Below are positions 27,589 through 42,700 of a DNA stretch of 64,000 bases, one piece after another. This stretch comes from the human T2T-CHM13v2.0 reference genome, Homo sapiens. The stretch lies in NCBI RefSeq assembly GCF_009914755.1, contig NC_060940.1; one strand, written 5' to 3'. How positions within the stretch are numbered: the stretch's first letter is position 1; each line of letters starts with the position of its first letter. The notes beneath the pieces are model-generated. The model saw nothing but the letters and a program-made list of their open reading frames with translations, had not been told where the DNA came from and did not search any database. The position numbers were made by a program, and so were the translations under genes.

Positions 27589-29395
27589 GATGATTCCACT
27601 CGATTCCATTTGATGATTATTCCATTGGAGTCCACTTAGTGAATCCTTTAGATTCTACTCGAAGATGATTCCCTTCGAGTCCATTCGATGATACCATTCA
27701 ATTCCATTCGTTGATGCTTCCATTCAAGTGCATTCGATGATATCATTCGATTCCATTTGATGATAATTCCATTTGATTCCATGCGATGATTCTATTCGAT
27801 TCCATTCAGTGATAATTCCATTCAATTCAGTGATTCCTCTGGACTCCATTTGATGATGATTCCATTCAATGATTCCATTCGATTCTATTCCAAAATGATT
27901 CCATTTGAATCCATTTGATGATGATTCCATTAGATTCCATTTGATGATTCCATTCGATTCCATTTGACGATGATTCCATTCGATTCCATTTGATGATTCC
28001 ATTCTATTCTATTCGATGATGATTCCATTCGATTCCATTCGATGATGATTGGATTCGATTTCATTTGATGATTTCATTTGATTCCATTCGTTAATGATTT
28101 CGATCAATTCCATTCGATGATTCCATTTAATTCCATTCGATAATGATTACATCCGAGTCCATTCAATGATTCCATTTGAGCCCGTTTGATAATTCCATTT
28201 GAGTCCAATCAATGATTCCATTCATTTCCATTCAATGATTCCATTCGAATCTATTCCATGATGATTCCTTGCGATTCCATTCGCTGATGTTTCCGTTCAA
28301 TTCCATTCGATGATGATTCCATTCGATTCCATTCATTGAGGATTCCATTTGATTCCATTAAATGATGATTCCGTTCTATTCCATTCAATGATTGCATTCA
28401 ATTCCATTCAATGATTATCCCCTTAGAGTAAACTCAACGATTCCATTCAATACCATTCGATGATGATTCCTTTTGAGTCCATTCAATGATTTCATTCAAG
28501 TCCATTTGATGATTCCTTTCAATTCCATTCTATGATGATTCCATTCGAGTCCATTCGATGATTCCATTCAATTGCATTCGATGATTCCATTATATTCCAG
28601 TCAACGATGATTGCATTCGAGTCCATTCGATGATTCCATTAGAGTACATTTAATGATTGCTTTGTTTTCAATTCGAAGATGATTACATTGGATTCCATTC
28701 TATGATACCATTCGATTCCATTCAATGATGATTCCACTCAAATCCATTGGATGATTCCATTCGTGTCCGTTCGGTGATTTCATTAGATTCCATTCGAGTA
28801 TGATTCCATTCGATTCCATTCGATGATTCCATTCAATTCCATTCGATGATGATTCCATTCCAGTCCATATGATCATTCCATTTGATTTCATTCGATGATG
28901 ATTCCATTCGATTCCATTCGATGATTCCATTCTATTCCATTCGATGATGATTCCATTCGAGTCCATTCGATCATTCCATTCGAGTCCATTTAATGATTCC
29001 ATTGGGTTCAATTCAATGATGATTACATTGGATTCCGTTCTATGATTCCATTCAATTCCGTTCATTGACAATTTGATTCCATTCGATGATGATTCCATTT
29101 GAGTTCATTCGATGATTCTATTCGATTCTCTTCGATGGTGATTCAATTCTATTATATTGGATGATTCCATTCGATTCCATTTGATGTTGATTCAATTCGA
29201 TTCTATTCGATGATGATTCCATTGGATTTCACTTGATGATTCTATTCGATTCCATTCAATGATGATTCACTTCTCTTCCATTGGATGATTCCATTTCATT
29301 CCATTCGATGATGATTCCATTCGATTCCTTTCGATGATTCCATTTGATTCCATGTGACGGTGAGCAATTCGATTCAATTCCATGATGATTCTATT

Positions 29396-29406
29396 TGATT
29401 CAATTA
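29396..29406 (-). promoter_or_regulatory. DUX4-type binding motif TAATTGAATCA
   Basis: + strand TGATTCAATTA at the homologous position of arm E. Confidence 0.55.
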
Positions 29407-29769
29407 GATGATGTTTCCATTCGAATCCATTACATGATTATTCCATTGGAATCCATTTGGCGATGATTCCATATGAGTCAATTCAATGATGATTCCATAT
29501 GGGTCCGTTCGATGATAATTCCATTTGATTTCATTCGATGCTTCTATTCAATTCCAGTCGATGATGATTCCGTTGGAGTCCATACGATGATTCCATTTGA
29601 TTTCATTTGATGATGATTCCATTCGATGATGATTACATTGGATTCCATTCTATGATTCCATTCAATTCCATTCGTTGATGATTCGATTCCATTCAATGAT
29701 GATTCCATTTGAGTTCATTCGATGATTCTATTCGATTCCGTTCGATGGTGATTCAATTCTATTATATTG

Positions 29770-32700
29770 GATGATTCCACTCGATTCCATTTGATGATTA
29801 TTCCATTGGAGTCCACTTAGTGAATCCTTTAGATTCTACTCGAAGATGATTCCATTCGAGTCCATTCGATGATACCATTCAATTCTATTCGTTGATGCTT
29901 CCATTCAAGTGCATTCGATGATATCATTCGATTCCATTTGATGATAATTCCATTTGATTCCATGCGATGATTCTATTCGATTCCATTCAATGATAATTCC
30001 ATTCAATACAGTGATTCCTCTGGACTCCATTTGATGATGATTCCATTCAATGATTCCATTCGATTCCATTCCGAAATGATTCCATTTGAATCCATTTGAT
30101 GATGATTCCATTAGATTCCATTTGATGATTCCATTCGATTCCATTTGACGATGATTCCATTCGATTCCATTTGATGATTCCATTCTATTCTATTCGATGA
30201 TGATTCCATTCGATTCCATTCGATGATGATTGGATTCGATTCCATTTGATGATTTCATTTGATTCCATTCGTTAATGATTTCGATCAACTCCATTCGATG
30301 ATTCCATTTAATTCCATTCGATAATGATTACATCCGAGTCCATTCGATGATTCCATTTGAGCCCGTTCGATAATTCCATTTCAGTCCAATCAATGATTCC
30401 ATTCATTTCCATTCAATGATTCCATTCGAGTCCATTTGATCATTCCGGTAGGGTCCGTTCGATGTTGATTCCATTGGAGTGCATTCGATGATTCCATTCG
30501 AGTCCATTTTAGGATTTGATTCGAGTCCTTTCGATGATTCCATTCGATTCCACTCGATGATGATTTCATTCGAGTCCATTCGACACTTCCAATCGATTCC
30601 ATTTGATGTTTCCATTCGAGTCCAATTGATGATTCCATTCAATTCCATTCGATGATGATTCCGTACGATTCCATTCTGTGATGATTCCATGTGATTGCAT
30701 TCAATGATGATTCCTTTCGATTGCATTCGATTATGATTCATTTCGTGTTCATTCTATGGTTCCACAGGTTTCCATTCGATGACGTTTCCGTTCGTGTCCA
30801 TTCCATTATTCCATTCTATTTCATTTGATGATGATTTCATTCGATTCCATTCATTGGTGATTCCACTCAATTCCATTCAATGATTCCATTCCATTTCTTT
30901 CAACAATGATTCCATTAGTTTCTATTCGAAGATCCACTTGATTCCATTTGGCGATGATTCCATTCGTGTCCATTCGATGATTCCGTTTGATTCCATATGA
31001 TGATGATTCCATTCGATTCCATACGATGATGATTCCATTCGTGTCCATTCAATGGTGATTCCATTCAATTCCATTCGATGATTCCTTCCGATTCCATTCG
31101 ATGATGATGGCATTCGATTCCTTTCAATCATTCCCTTTGATTCCATTCAAAGGTGATTTCATTCAAGTCCATTCGATAATTGCATTCGATTCCATTCTAT
31201 GATGATTCCATTCGAGTCCATTTGATGATTCCATTCAATTCAAGTCAATGATGATTGCATTCGATTCCACTCGATGATTCCATTGGATTCCATTCGATGA
31301 TGATTGCATTCAAATCCATTCGATAATTCAAGTCCATTCGATGATGATTCCAATCGAATCCATTCAAAGATTCCATTCAATTCCATTCGATGATGATTCC
31401 CTTAGATTCCATTCGATGATTCCACTTGATTCCATTTAAGATGATTCCATTTGATTCCATGTGATGAATCCATTCAATTCTATTCAATGATGTTTCCATT
31501 TGATTCCATTGGACCATGATTGCCTTTGATTCCATTCAATGATTCCATTCGGTTCCATTTGATGATGATTCCGTTCGATTCCATTTCATTATTCCATTTG
31601 ATTCCATTGGATGAGTCCATTCGATTACATTCGATGATTATTCCATTCGAGTGCATTAGATGATTGCATTCGTGTCCATTCGATGATTCCATTCGATTCC
31701 ATTCGATGTTGATTCTGTTCAAATCCATTCGATGATTCCACTCGATTCCATTCGATGACTCCATTTGATCCCTTTCGATGATTTCCTGTGATTCCCTTTG
31801 ATGATCATTCTATTTGATTCAATTCGGTGATTTCATTTCATTCCATTCAGTGATGTTTCCATTTGACTGTATTCGATGATGATTCCATTCGACTCCATTC
31901 GATTATGATTTCATTCAATTCCATTCCATAATGATTCCCTTCGAGTCCATTCGATGATTCCATTCGATTCCATTCAACGATGATTTGATTCGTTTCCATT
32001 CGATGATTCCATTTGATTCCACTTGATGATGATTCCATTCGAGTCCATTTGATGATTCCATTCGAGTCTATTTATGTATTATATTCATGTCCACTTCATG
32101 ATTCCATTCAATTCCATTTAATGTTGATTCCATTTGACTCCATTTGATGATTCAGTTCGATTCCTTGCAATGATTCCCTACGATTCCTTTCTATGATGAT
32201 TCCATTCGATTCCATTCATTGATGATTTCATTCGACTCCATTCGATGATGATTCCTTTCGATTCCATTTGACGATGTTTCCATTCAAGTCCATTCGATGA
32301 TGATTCTATTCAATTCTGTTCTATTATGATTCCATTCGATTTCATTCAATGCTTCTATTTGATTCCATTCGATGATGATTCCATCTCTTTCCCTTCGATG
32401 ATTCCATTTGATTCCATTCAGTGATGATTCCATTTGATTCCATCTGATGATGATTTCACTTGATTCCTTTCAATGATGATTCAATTCAAGTCCATTCGAT
32501 GATTCCATTGGAGTCCAAACGATCATTCCGTTCGATTCCATTCAATGGTGATTCCATTCATGTCCATTCGATGAATCCATTCAATTCCATTCGATGATGA
32601 CTCCATTCGAGTACATTCGATGATTCCGTTTGATTCCATTGGAAGATGATTCCATTCAATTCCATTCGAAGATGATTCCATTCAATTCCATTCGATGATG

Positions 32701-35700
32701 ATTCCGTATGAATCCATTCTCTGATTATTCCATTCGATTCCATTCATTGACGATTCCATTCAATTCCATTCAATGATGATTCTCTTCTATTCCATTCGAT
32801 GATTCCGGTCGATTCCATTCGATGATGATTCCATTAGATTCCATTCGATTGTTGCATTCGATTCCCTTCGATGATGATTCCTTTGAATTCCATTCGATTA
32901 TCATTCCGTATGAATCCATTTGATGATTATTCCATTGGATTCCTTTCGATGATGATTCCATTCGATTCCATTTGATGATGTTTCTCTTGTATTCCATTGG
33001 ATAATTCCTTTCAGTTCCCTTCGATGATTATTCTTTCGAGTCAATTCGATGATTCTATTCCATTCCCTTCGATGATGATTCCATTTCACTCCATTTGATG
33101 ATTCCATTCGACTCAATTTGGTGATGATTCAATTCGATGACATTCGATGACTCCATTCAATTTCATTTGATGATGATTACATTCGAGTCCATTTGATGAT
33201 TGTATTCCTTTCCTTTTGATGATTATTCCATTCGTGTCTATTCAAAGGTTCCATTCTATTCCATTCAATGATGATTGCATTTGATTCCATTCAATGATTA
33301 TGGCTATCGATTCCACTCGTTGATTCCATTTGATTCCGTTCGATGATTATTCCGTTAGATTCCATTAGAAGATTCCATTCGATTTTATTCAATGATTCCA
33401 ATGGATTCCATTCAATGATGATTCCATTCGACTCCATTCAGTGATTCCATTCGAGTCCATTTGATGATTCCATTCTTTTCCATTTGATGATGATTCCATT
33501 AGGGTCCATTCAATGATTCCATTCGAGTCCATTCGTTAATGCCTTTCGAGTCCTTTTGATCACTACATTCGAGTCCATTCAATGATTCTATTCGATTCCA
33601 TTCCATGATGATTCCATTCGAGTTCATTCGATGATTGCATTCGAGTCCATTTGATGATTCCATATGATTCCCTTCGACAATGATTCCATTCGTGTCCATT
33701 TGATGATTCCATTCATTTCCTATCGATGAAGATTCCATTCAAGTGTATTCGATGATTCCATTCAAATCCATTCGATGATAATTCCATTCCAGTCCATTCG
33801 ATCATTCCACTTGATTCCATTTGATGACTATTCCATTCAAATCCATTTGATGATTCCATTCGATTCCATTCGATGTTACCATTCGAGTATATACGATGAT
33901 TCCACTCGATTCCATTTGATGATTATTCCATTGGAGTCCACTTAGTGAATCCTTTAGATTCTACTCGAAGATGATTCCATTCGAGTCCATTCGATGATAC
34001 CATTCAATTCTATTCGTTGATGCTTCCATTCAAGTGCATTCGATGATATCATTCGATTCCATTTGATGATAATTCCATTTGATTCCATGCGATGATTCTA
34101 TTCGATTCCATTCAATGATAATTCCATTCAATACAGTGATTCCTCTGGACTCCATTTGATGATGATTCCATTCAATGATTCCATTCGATTCCATTCCAAA
34201 ATGATTCCATTTGAATCCATTTGATGATGATTCCATTAGATTCCATTTGATGATTCCATTCGATTCCATTTGACGATGATTCCATTCGATTCCATTTGAT
34301 GATTCCATTCTATTCTATTCGATGATGATTCCATTCGATTCCATTCGATGATGATTGGATTCGATTCCATTTGATGATTTCATTTGATTCCATTCGTTAA
34401 TGATTTCGATCAACTCCATTCGATGATTCCATTTAAGTCCATTCGATAATGATTACATCCGAGTCCATTCGATGATTCCATTTGAGCCCGTTCGATAATT
34501 CCATTTGAGTCCAATCAATGATTCCATTCATTTCCATTCAATGATTCCATTCGAGTCCATTTGATCATTCCGGTAGGGTCCGTTCGATGTTGATTCCATT
34601 GGAGTGCATTCGATGATTCCATTCGAGTCCATTTTAGGATTTGATTCGAGTCCTTTCGATGATTCCATTCGATTCCACTCGATGATTTCATTCGAGTCCA
34701 TTCGACACTTCCAATCGATTCCATTTGATGTTTCCATTCGATTCCAATTGATGATTCCATTCAATTCCATTCGATGATGATTCCGTACGATTCCATTCTG
34801 TGATGATTCCATGTGATTGCATTCAATGATGATTCCTTTCGATTGCATTCGATTATGATTCCTTTCGTGTTCATTCTATGGTTCCACAGGTTTCCATTCG
34901 ATGATGTTTCCATTCGTGTCCATTCCATTATTCCATTCTATTCCATTTGAAGATGATTCCATTCGATTCCATTCATTGGTGATTCCACTCAATTCCATTC
35001 AATGATTCCATTCCATTTCTTTCAACAATGATTCCATTAGTTTCTATTCGATGATCCACTTGATTCCATTTGACGATGATTCCATTCGTGTCCATTCGAT
35101 GATTCCATTTGATTCCATATGATGATGATTCCATTCGATTCCATACGATGATGATTCCATTCGAGTCCATTCAATGGTGATTCCATTCAATTCCATTCGA
35201 TGATTCCTTCCGATTCCATTCAATGATGATGGCATTCGATTCCTTTCGATCATTCCCTTTGATTCCATTCAAAGGTGATTTCATTCAAGTCCATTCGATA
35301 ATTGCATTCGATTCCATTCTATGATGATTCCATTCGAGTCCATTTGATGATTCCATTCAATTCAAGTCAATGATGATTCCATTCGATTCCACTCGATGAT
35401 TCCATTGGATTCCATTCGATGATGATTCCATTCAAATCCATTCGATAATTCAATTCAAGTCCATTCGATGATGATTCCAATCGAATCCATTCAAAGATTC
35501 CACTCAATTCCATTCGATGATGATTCCCTTAGATTCCATTCGATGATTCCACTTGATTCCATTTACGATGATTCCATTCGATTCCATGTGATGATTCCAT
35601 TCAATTCTATTCAATGATGTTTCCACTTGATTCCATTCGAACATGATTGCCTTTGATTCCATTCAATGATTCCATACGGTTCCATTTGATGATGATTCCA

Positions 35701-38700
35701 TTCGAGTGCATTAGATGATTCCATTCGAGTCCATTCGATGATTCCATTCGATTCCATTCGATGTTGATTCTGTTCAAATCCATTCGATGATTCCACTCGA
35801 TTCCATTCGATGACTCCATTTGATCCCATTCGATGATTTCCTTTGATTCCCTTTGATGATCATTCCATTTGATTCAATTCGGTGATTTCATTTGATACCA
35901 TTCAGTGATGTTTCCATTCAACTCCTTTCGATGATGATTCCATTCGACTCCATTCGATTATGATTTCATTCAATTCCATTCGATAATGATTCCCTTCAAG
36001 TCCATTCGATGATTCCATTCGATTCCATTCAACGATGATTTGATTCGTGTCCATTCGATGATTCCATTTGATTCCATTTGATGATGATTCCATTCGAGTC
36101 CCTTTGATGATTCCATTCAATTCCATTCTCCGATGATTTCTTTTGAGCCCATTCAATGCTTCCACTCGATTCCATATGATGATGACTCCATTTGATGAAA
36201 TTCCATGATGATTCCATTCGCTTGCATTCGATGATGATTCCACTTGAGTCCGTTAGAAGATTCTATTCAATTACATTCCATGACGATTCTGTTCGAGTCC
36301 ATTTGATGATTCCATTAGACTCCATTCGACGATGATTCCATTCGATGTTATTCGATGATGATTCCATTCAACTCCATTCGATGTTTCCATTCGAGTTCAT
36401 TCTATTATTCCATTAGATTCCATTCGATGATGATTCCATTCGATTCCATTTGATGATTGCATTCTATTTCATTTGATGATGATTCCATTCGAGTCCATTC
36501 GATGATTCCATTCGAGTCCATTTAATGAATCCATTGGTTTCAATTCTATGATGATTACATTGGATTCCATTCGTTGATGATTTCATTCGATTCCATTCAA
36601 TGATGATTCCATTCAATTCCATTCAATGATTCCATTTAATTCCATACGATGATGATTCCATTTGATTTGATTCGACAGTGAGCCATTCGATTCAATTCCA
36701 TGATGATTCTATTTGATTCAATTGGTTGACATTTCCATTCGATTCCATTCGATGATGATTCCCTTTGATTCCATTCAAAGATGATTCCATTCTAGCCCAT
36801 TCAATCATTCCATTCGATTCTATTCAATGATGATTCCATTCATGTCGATTTGGTGATTCCATTTGACTTCATTTGATGATGATTCCTTTCAAGTTCATTA
36901 GATGATTCCATTCGATTCCATTTGATGATGATCCCATTCGAGTCCATTCAGTGATTCCACTCGTTTCCATTCCATGATGATTCCATTCCATTCCATTCAA
37001 TGATTCCATTCGATTCCATTTGATGATGATTTCATTCGAGTCCATTTGATGATTCCATTTGATTCCATTCGATGATGATTACATTCGAGTCCATACGATG
37101 ATTCCACTCAATTCCATATGATGATGATTCCATTCGATTCCATTCGATGATTCCATTCTATTCTATTCAATGGTGATTCCATTCGAGTACATTAGATGAT
37201 TCCATTCGATTCCATTCAATGATGATTCTATTTGTGTCCCTTAGATGGTTCCACATGATTCCATTTCATGATGATACTATTTGAGCCCATCCAATGATTC
37301 CCTTCGATTCCATTCGATGAGGATTCCATTCGATTCAATTCATTGGTGATTCTATTCAATTCAATTCTTTGATTCCATTCCATTCCATTCGACAATGATT
37401 CCATTCGATTTCTTTCGATGATTCCACTCGATTCCACTTGACATTGATTCCATTCGATTCCATTCAATGATTCCGTTTGATTCCAGTGGATGATGATTGC
37501 CATCGATTCCATTCGATCACTCCATTCTATTCCATTTGATGATGATTACATTCGATTCCATTTGATGATTCCATCTGATTCTATTCGAGGATTCCATTTG
37601 ATTCCATTCGATGATGATTCCATTCGAGTGCATTCGATGATTTCATTCGAGTACATCCAATGATTCCATTCGAGTCCATTTGATGATTCCATTTGATTAT
37701 GATTCTACTAGAGTCCATTCAATGACTCCATTCGAATCCATTCTACAATTCCATTCGAGGCCATTCGATGATTCCATTTCATGATTCCATTCGAGTCCAT
37801 TTAATCATTACAGTCGAGTCCATTTGGTGATTCCACTGGATTTCTTTTGATAATGATACCATTCAATTACATTTGATGATGATCCCATTCAATTTCATTT
37901 GATGGTGATTCCATTAGAGTCCATTCGATGATTTCATTCGAGTCCCTTCATTGATTCCATCCGATTTCATTGGATGATGACTCCATTCGAGTCCATTCGA
38001 TGATTCCACTCGATTCCATTAGATGATTCCATTGGAGTCCATTTGATTGTTCCATTCGATTCTATTCGATTCCTTTCGAAGATTATTCCATTTGAGTCCA
38101 TTCGATGATGATTCCATTCCATTCCATTCGATGATTCCGTTTGATTCCATTCGATGATTCCCTTCGATTCCTTTCTTTGATGATTCCATTCCATTCCATT
38201 CAAAGATTCCATTCGAATCTATTCCATGATGATTCCTTTCGATTCCATTCGCTGATGTTTCCGTTCAATTCCATTCGATGATGATTCCATTCGATTCCAT
38301 TCATTGAGTATTCCATTTGATTCCATTCAATGATGATTCCATTCTATTCCATTCAATGATTGCATTCAATTCCATTCAATGATTATCCCCTTAGAGTAAA
38401 CTCAACGATTCCATTCAATACCATTCGATGATGATTCCTTTTGAGTCCATTCAATGATTTCATTCAAGTCCATTTGATGATTCCTTTCAATTCCATTCTA
38501 TGATGATTCCATTCGAGTCCATTCGATGATTCCATTCGATTGCATTCGATGATTCCATTATATTCCATTCAACGATGATTCCATTCGAGTCCATTTGATG
38601 ATTCCATTAGAGTACATTTAATGATTGTTTGTTTTCAATTCGAAGATGATTACATTGGATTCCATTCTATGATACCATTCGATTCCATTCAATGATGATT

Positions 38701-39736
38701 CCACTCAAATCCATTGGATGATTCCATTCGTGTCCATTCGGTGATTTCATTAGATTCCATTCGAGGATGATTCCATTCGATTCCATTCGATGATTCCATT
38801 CAATTCCATTCGATGATGATTCCATTCCAGTCCATATGATCATTCCATTTGATTTCATTCGATGATGATTCCATTCGATTCCATTCGATGATTCCATTCT
38901 ATTCCATTCGATGATGATTCCACTCGAGTCCATTCGATGATTCCATTCGAGTCCATTTAATGATTCCATTGGGTTCAATTCAATGATGATTACATTGGAT
39001 TCCGTTCTATGATTCCATTCAATTCCGTTCATTGACAATTTGATTCCATTCGATGATGATTCCATTTGAGTTCATTCGATGATTCTATTCGATTCTCTTC
39101 GATGGTGATTCAATTCTATTATATTGGATGATTCCATTCGATTCCATTTGATGTTGATTCAATTCGATTCTATTCGATGATGATTCCATTGGATTTCACT
39201 TGATGATTCTATTCGATTCCATTCAATGATGATTCACTTCTCGTCCATTGGATGATTCCATTTCATTCCATTCGATGATGATTCCATTCGATTCCTTTCG
39301 ATGATTCCATTTGATTCCATGCGACGGTGAGCAATTCGATTCAATTCCATGATGATTCTATTTGATTCAATTAGATGATGTTTCTATTCGAATCCATTCC
39401 ATGATTATTCCATTGGAATCCATTCGGCGATGATTCCATATGAGTCAATTCAATGATGATTCCATATGGGTCCGTTCGATGATAATTCCATTTGATTTCA
39501 TTCGATGCTTCTATTCTATTCCAGTCGATGATGATTCCGTTGGAGTCCATACGATGATTCCATTTGATTTCATTTGATGATGATTCCATTCGATGATGAT
39601 TACATTGGATTCCATTCTATGATTCCATTCAATTCCATTCGTTGATGATTCGATTCCATTCAATGATGATTCCATTTGAGTTCATTCGATGATTCTATTC
39701 GATTCCGTTCGATGGTGATTCAATTCTATTATATTG
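29770..39736 (+). repeat. Composite higher-order repeat copy 1 (9967 bp): B-C-B'-E'
   Basis: ORF offsets 29905/39872 and 28700/38667 both equal 9967. C at 32064-33894, E' at 36119-39736. Confidence 0.9.
39363..39373 (-). promoter_or_regulatory. DUX4-type binding motif TAATTGAATCA
   Basis: + strand TGATTCAATTA at the homologous position of arm E'. Confidence 0.55.
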
Positions 39737-42700
39737 GATGATTCCACTCGATTCCATTTGATGATTATTCCATTGGAGTCCACTTAGTGAATCCTTTAGA
39801 TTCTACTCGAAGATGATTCCCTTCGAGTCCATTCGATGATACCATTCAATTCCATTCGTTGATGCTTCCATTCAAGTGCATTCGATGATATCATTCGATT
39901 CCATTTGATGATAATTCCATTTGATTCCATGCGATGATTCTATTCGATTCCATTCAATGATAATTCCATTCAATTCAGTGATTCCTCTGGACTCCATTTG
40001 ATGATGATTCCATTCAATGATTCCATTCGATTCTATTCCAAAATGATTCCATTTGAATCCATTTGATGATGATTCCATTAGATTCCATTTGATGATTCCA
40101 TTCGATTCCATTTGACGATGATTCCATTCGATTCCATTTGATGATTCCATTCTATTCTATTCGATGATGATTCCATTCGATTCCATTCAATGATGATTGG
40201 ATTCGATTCCATTTGATGATTTCATTTCATTCCATTCGATAATGATTTCGATCAATTCCATTCGATGATTCCATTCGATTCCATTCGATAATGATTACAT
40301 CCGAGTCCATTCGATGATTCCATTTGAGCCCGTTCGATAATTCCATTTGAGTCCAATCAATGATTCCATTCATTTCCATTCAATGATTCCATTCGAGTCC
40401 ATTTGATCATTCCGGTAGGGTCCGTTCGATGTTGATTCCATTGGAGTGCATTCGATGATTCCATTCGAGTCCATTTTAGGATTTGATTCGAGTCCTTTCG
40501 ATGATTCCATTCGATTCCACTCGATGATGATTTCATTCGAGTCCATTCGACACTTCCAATCGATTCCATTTGATGTTTCCATTCGAGTCCAATTGATGAT
40601 TCCATTCAATTCCATTCGATGATGATTCCGTACGATTCCATTCTGTGATGATTCCATGTGATTGCATTCAATGATGATTCCTTTCGATTGCATTCGATTA
40701 TGATTCATTTCGTGTTCATTCTATGGTTCCACAGGTTTCCATTCGATGACGTTTCCGTTCGTGTCCATTCCATTATTCCATTCTATTTCATTTGATGATG
40801 ATTTCATTCGATTCCATTCATTGGTGATTCCACTCAATTCCATTCAATGATTCCATTCCATTTCTTTCAACAATGATTCCATTAGTTTCTATTCGATGAT
40901 CCACTTGATTCCATTTGATGACGATTCCATTCTTGTCCATTCGATGATTCCATTTGATTCCATATGATGATGATTCCATTCGATTCCATACGATGATGAT
41001 TCCATTCGAGTCCATTCAATGGTGATTCCATTCAATTCCATTCCATGATTCCTTTTGATTCCATTCGATGATGATGGCATTCGATTCCTTTCAATCATTC
41101 CCTTTGATTCCATTCAAAGGTGATTTCATTCAAGTCCATTCGATAATTGCATTCGATTCCATTCTATGATGATTCCATTCGAGTCCATTTGATGATTCCA
41201 TTCAATTCAAGTCAATGATGATTCCATTCGATTCCACTCGATGATTCCATTGGATTCCATTCGATGATGATTCCATTCAAATCCATTCGATAATTCAATT
41301 CAAGTCCATTCGATGATGATTCCAATCGAATCCATTCAAAGATTCCATTCAATTCCATTCGATGATGATTCCCTTAGATTCCATTCGATGATTCCACTTG
41401 ATTCCATTTAAGATGATTCCATTTGATTCCATGTGATGAATCCATTCAATTCTATTCAATGATGTTTCCATTTGATTCGATTGGACCATGATTGCCTTTT
41501 ATTCCATTCAATGATTCCATTCGGTTCCATTTGATGATGATTCCATTCGATTCCATTTCATTATTCCATTTGATTCCATTGGATGAGTCCATTCGATTAC
41601 ATTCGATGATTATTCCATTCGAGTGCATTAGATGATTGCATTCGTGTCCATTCGATGATTCCATTCGATTCCATTCGATGTTGATTCTGTTCAAATCCAT
41701 TCGATGATTCCACTCGATTCCATTCGATGACTCCATTTGATCCCTTTCGATGATTTCCTGTGATTCCCTTTGATGATCATTCTATTTGATTCAATTCGGT
41801 GATTTCATTTCATTCCATTCAGTGATGTTTCCATTCGACTGTATTCCATGATGATTCCATTCGACTCCATTCGATTATGATTTCATTCAATTCCATTCAA
41901 TAATGATTCCCTTCGAGTCCATTCGATGATTCCATTCGATTCCATTCAACGATGATTTGATTCGTTTCCATTCGATGATTCCATTTGATTCCACTTGATG
42001 ATGATTCCATTCGAGTCCATTTGATGATTCCATTCGAGTCTATTTATGTATTGTATTCGTGTCCACTTCATGATTCCATTCAATTCCATTTAATGTTGAT
42101 TCCATTTGATTCCATTTGATGATTCAGTTCGATTCCTTGCAATGATTCCCTACGATTCCTTTCTATGATGATTCCATTCGATTCCATTCATTGATGATTT
42201 CATTCGACTCCATTCGATGATGATTCCTTTCGATTCCATTTGACGATGTTTCCATTCGAGTCCATTCGATGATGATTCTATTCAATTCTGTTCTATTATG
42301 ATTCCATTCGATTTCATTCAATGCTTCTATTTGATTCCATTCGATGATGATTCCATCTCTTTCCCTTCGATGATTCCATTTGATTCCATTCAGTGATGAT
42401 TCCATTTGATTCCATCTGATGATGATTTCACTTGATTCCTTTCAATGATGATTCAATTCAAGTCCATTCGATGATTCCATTGGAGTCCAAACGATCATTC
42501 CGTTCGATTCCATTCAATGGTGATTCCATTCATGTCCATTCGATGAATCCATTCAATTCCATTCGATGATGACTCCATTCGAGTACATTCGATGATTCCA
42601 TTTGATTCCATTGGAAGATGATTCCATTCAATTCCATTCGAAGATGATTCCATTCAATTCCATTCGATGATGATTCCGTATGAATCCATTCTCTGATTAT

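Larger units (their letters stand above)
26068..30429 (+). repeat. Two adjacent 2181-bp periods (E tail + first ~660 bp of B)
   Basis: ORF offsets 26519/28700 and 27724/29905 both equal 2181. Junction at ~28226-28248. Confidence 0.88.
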
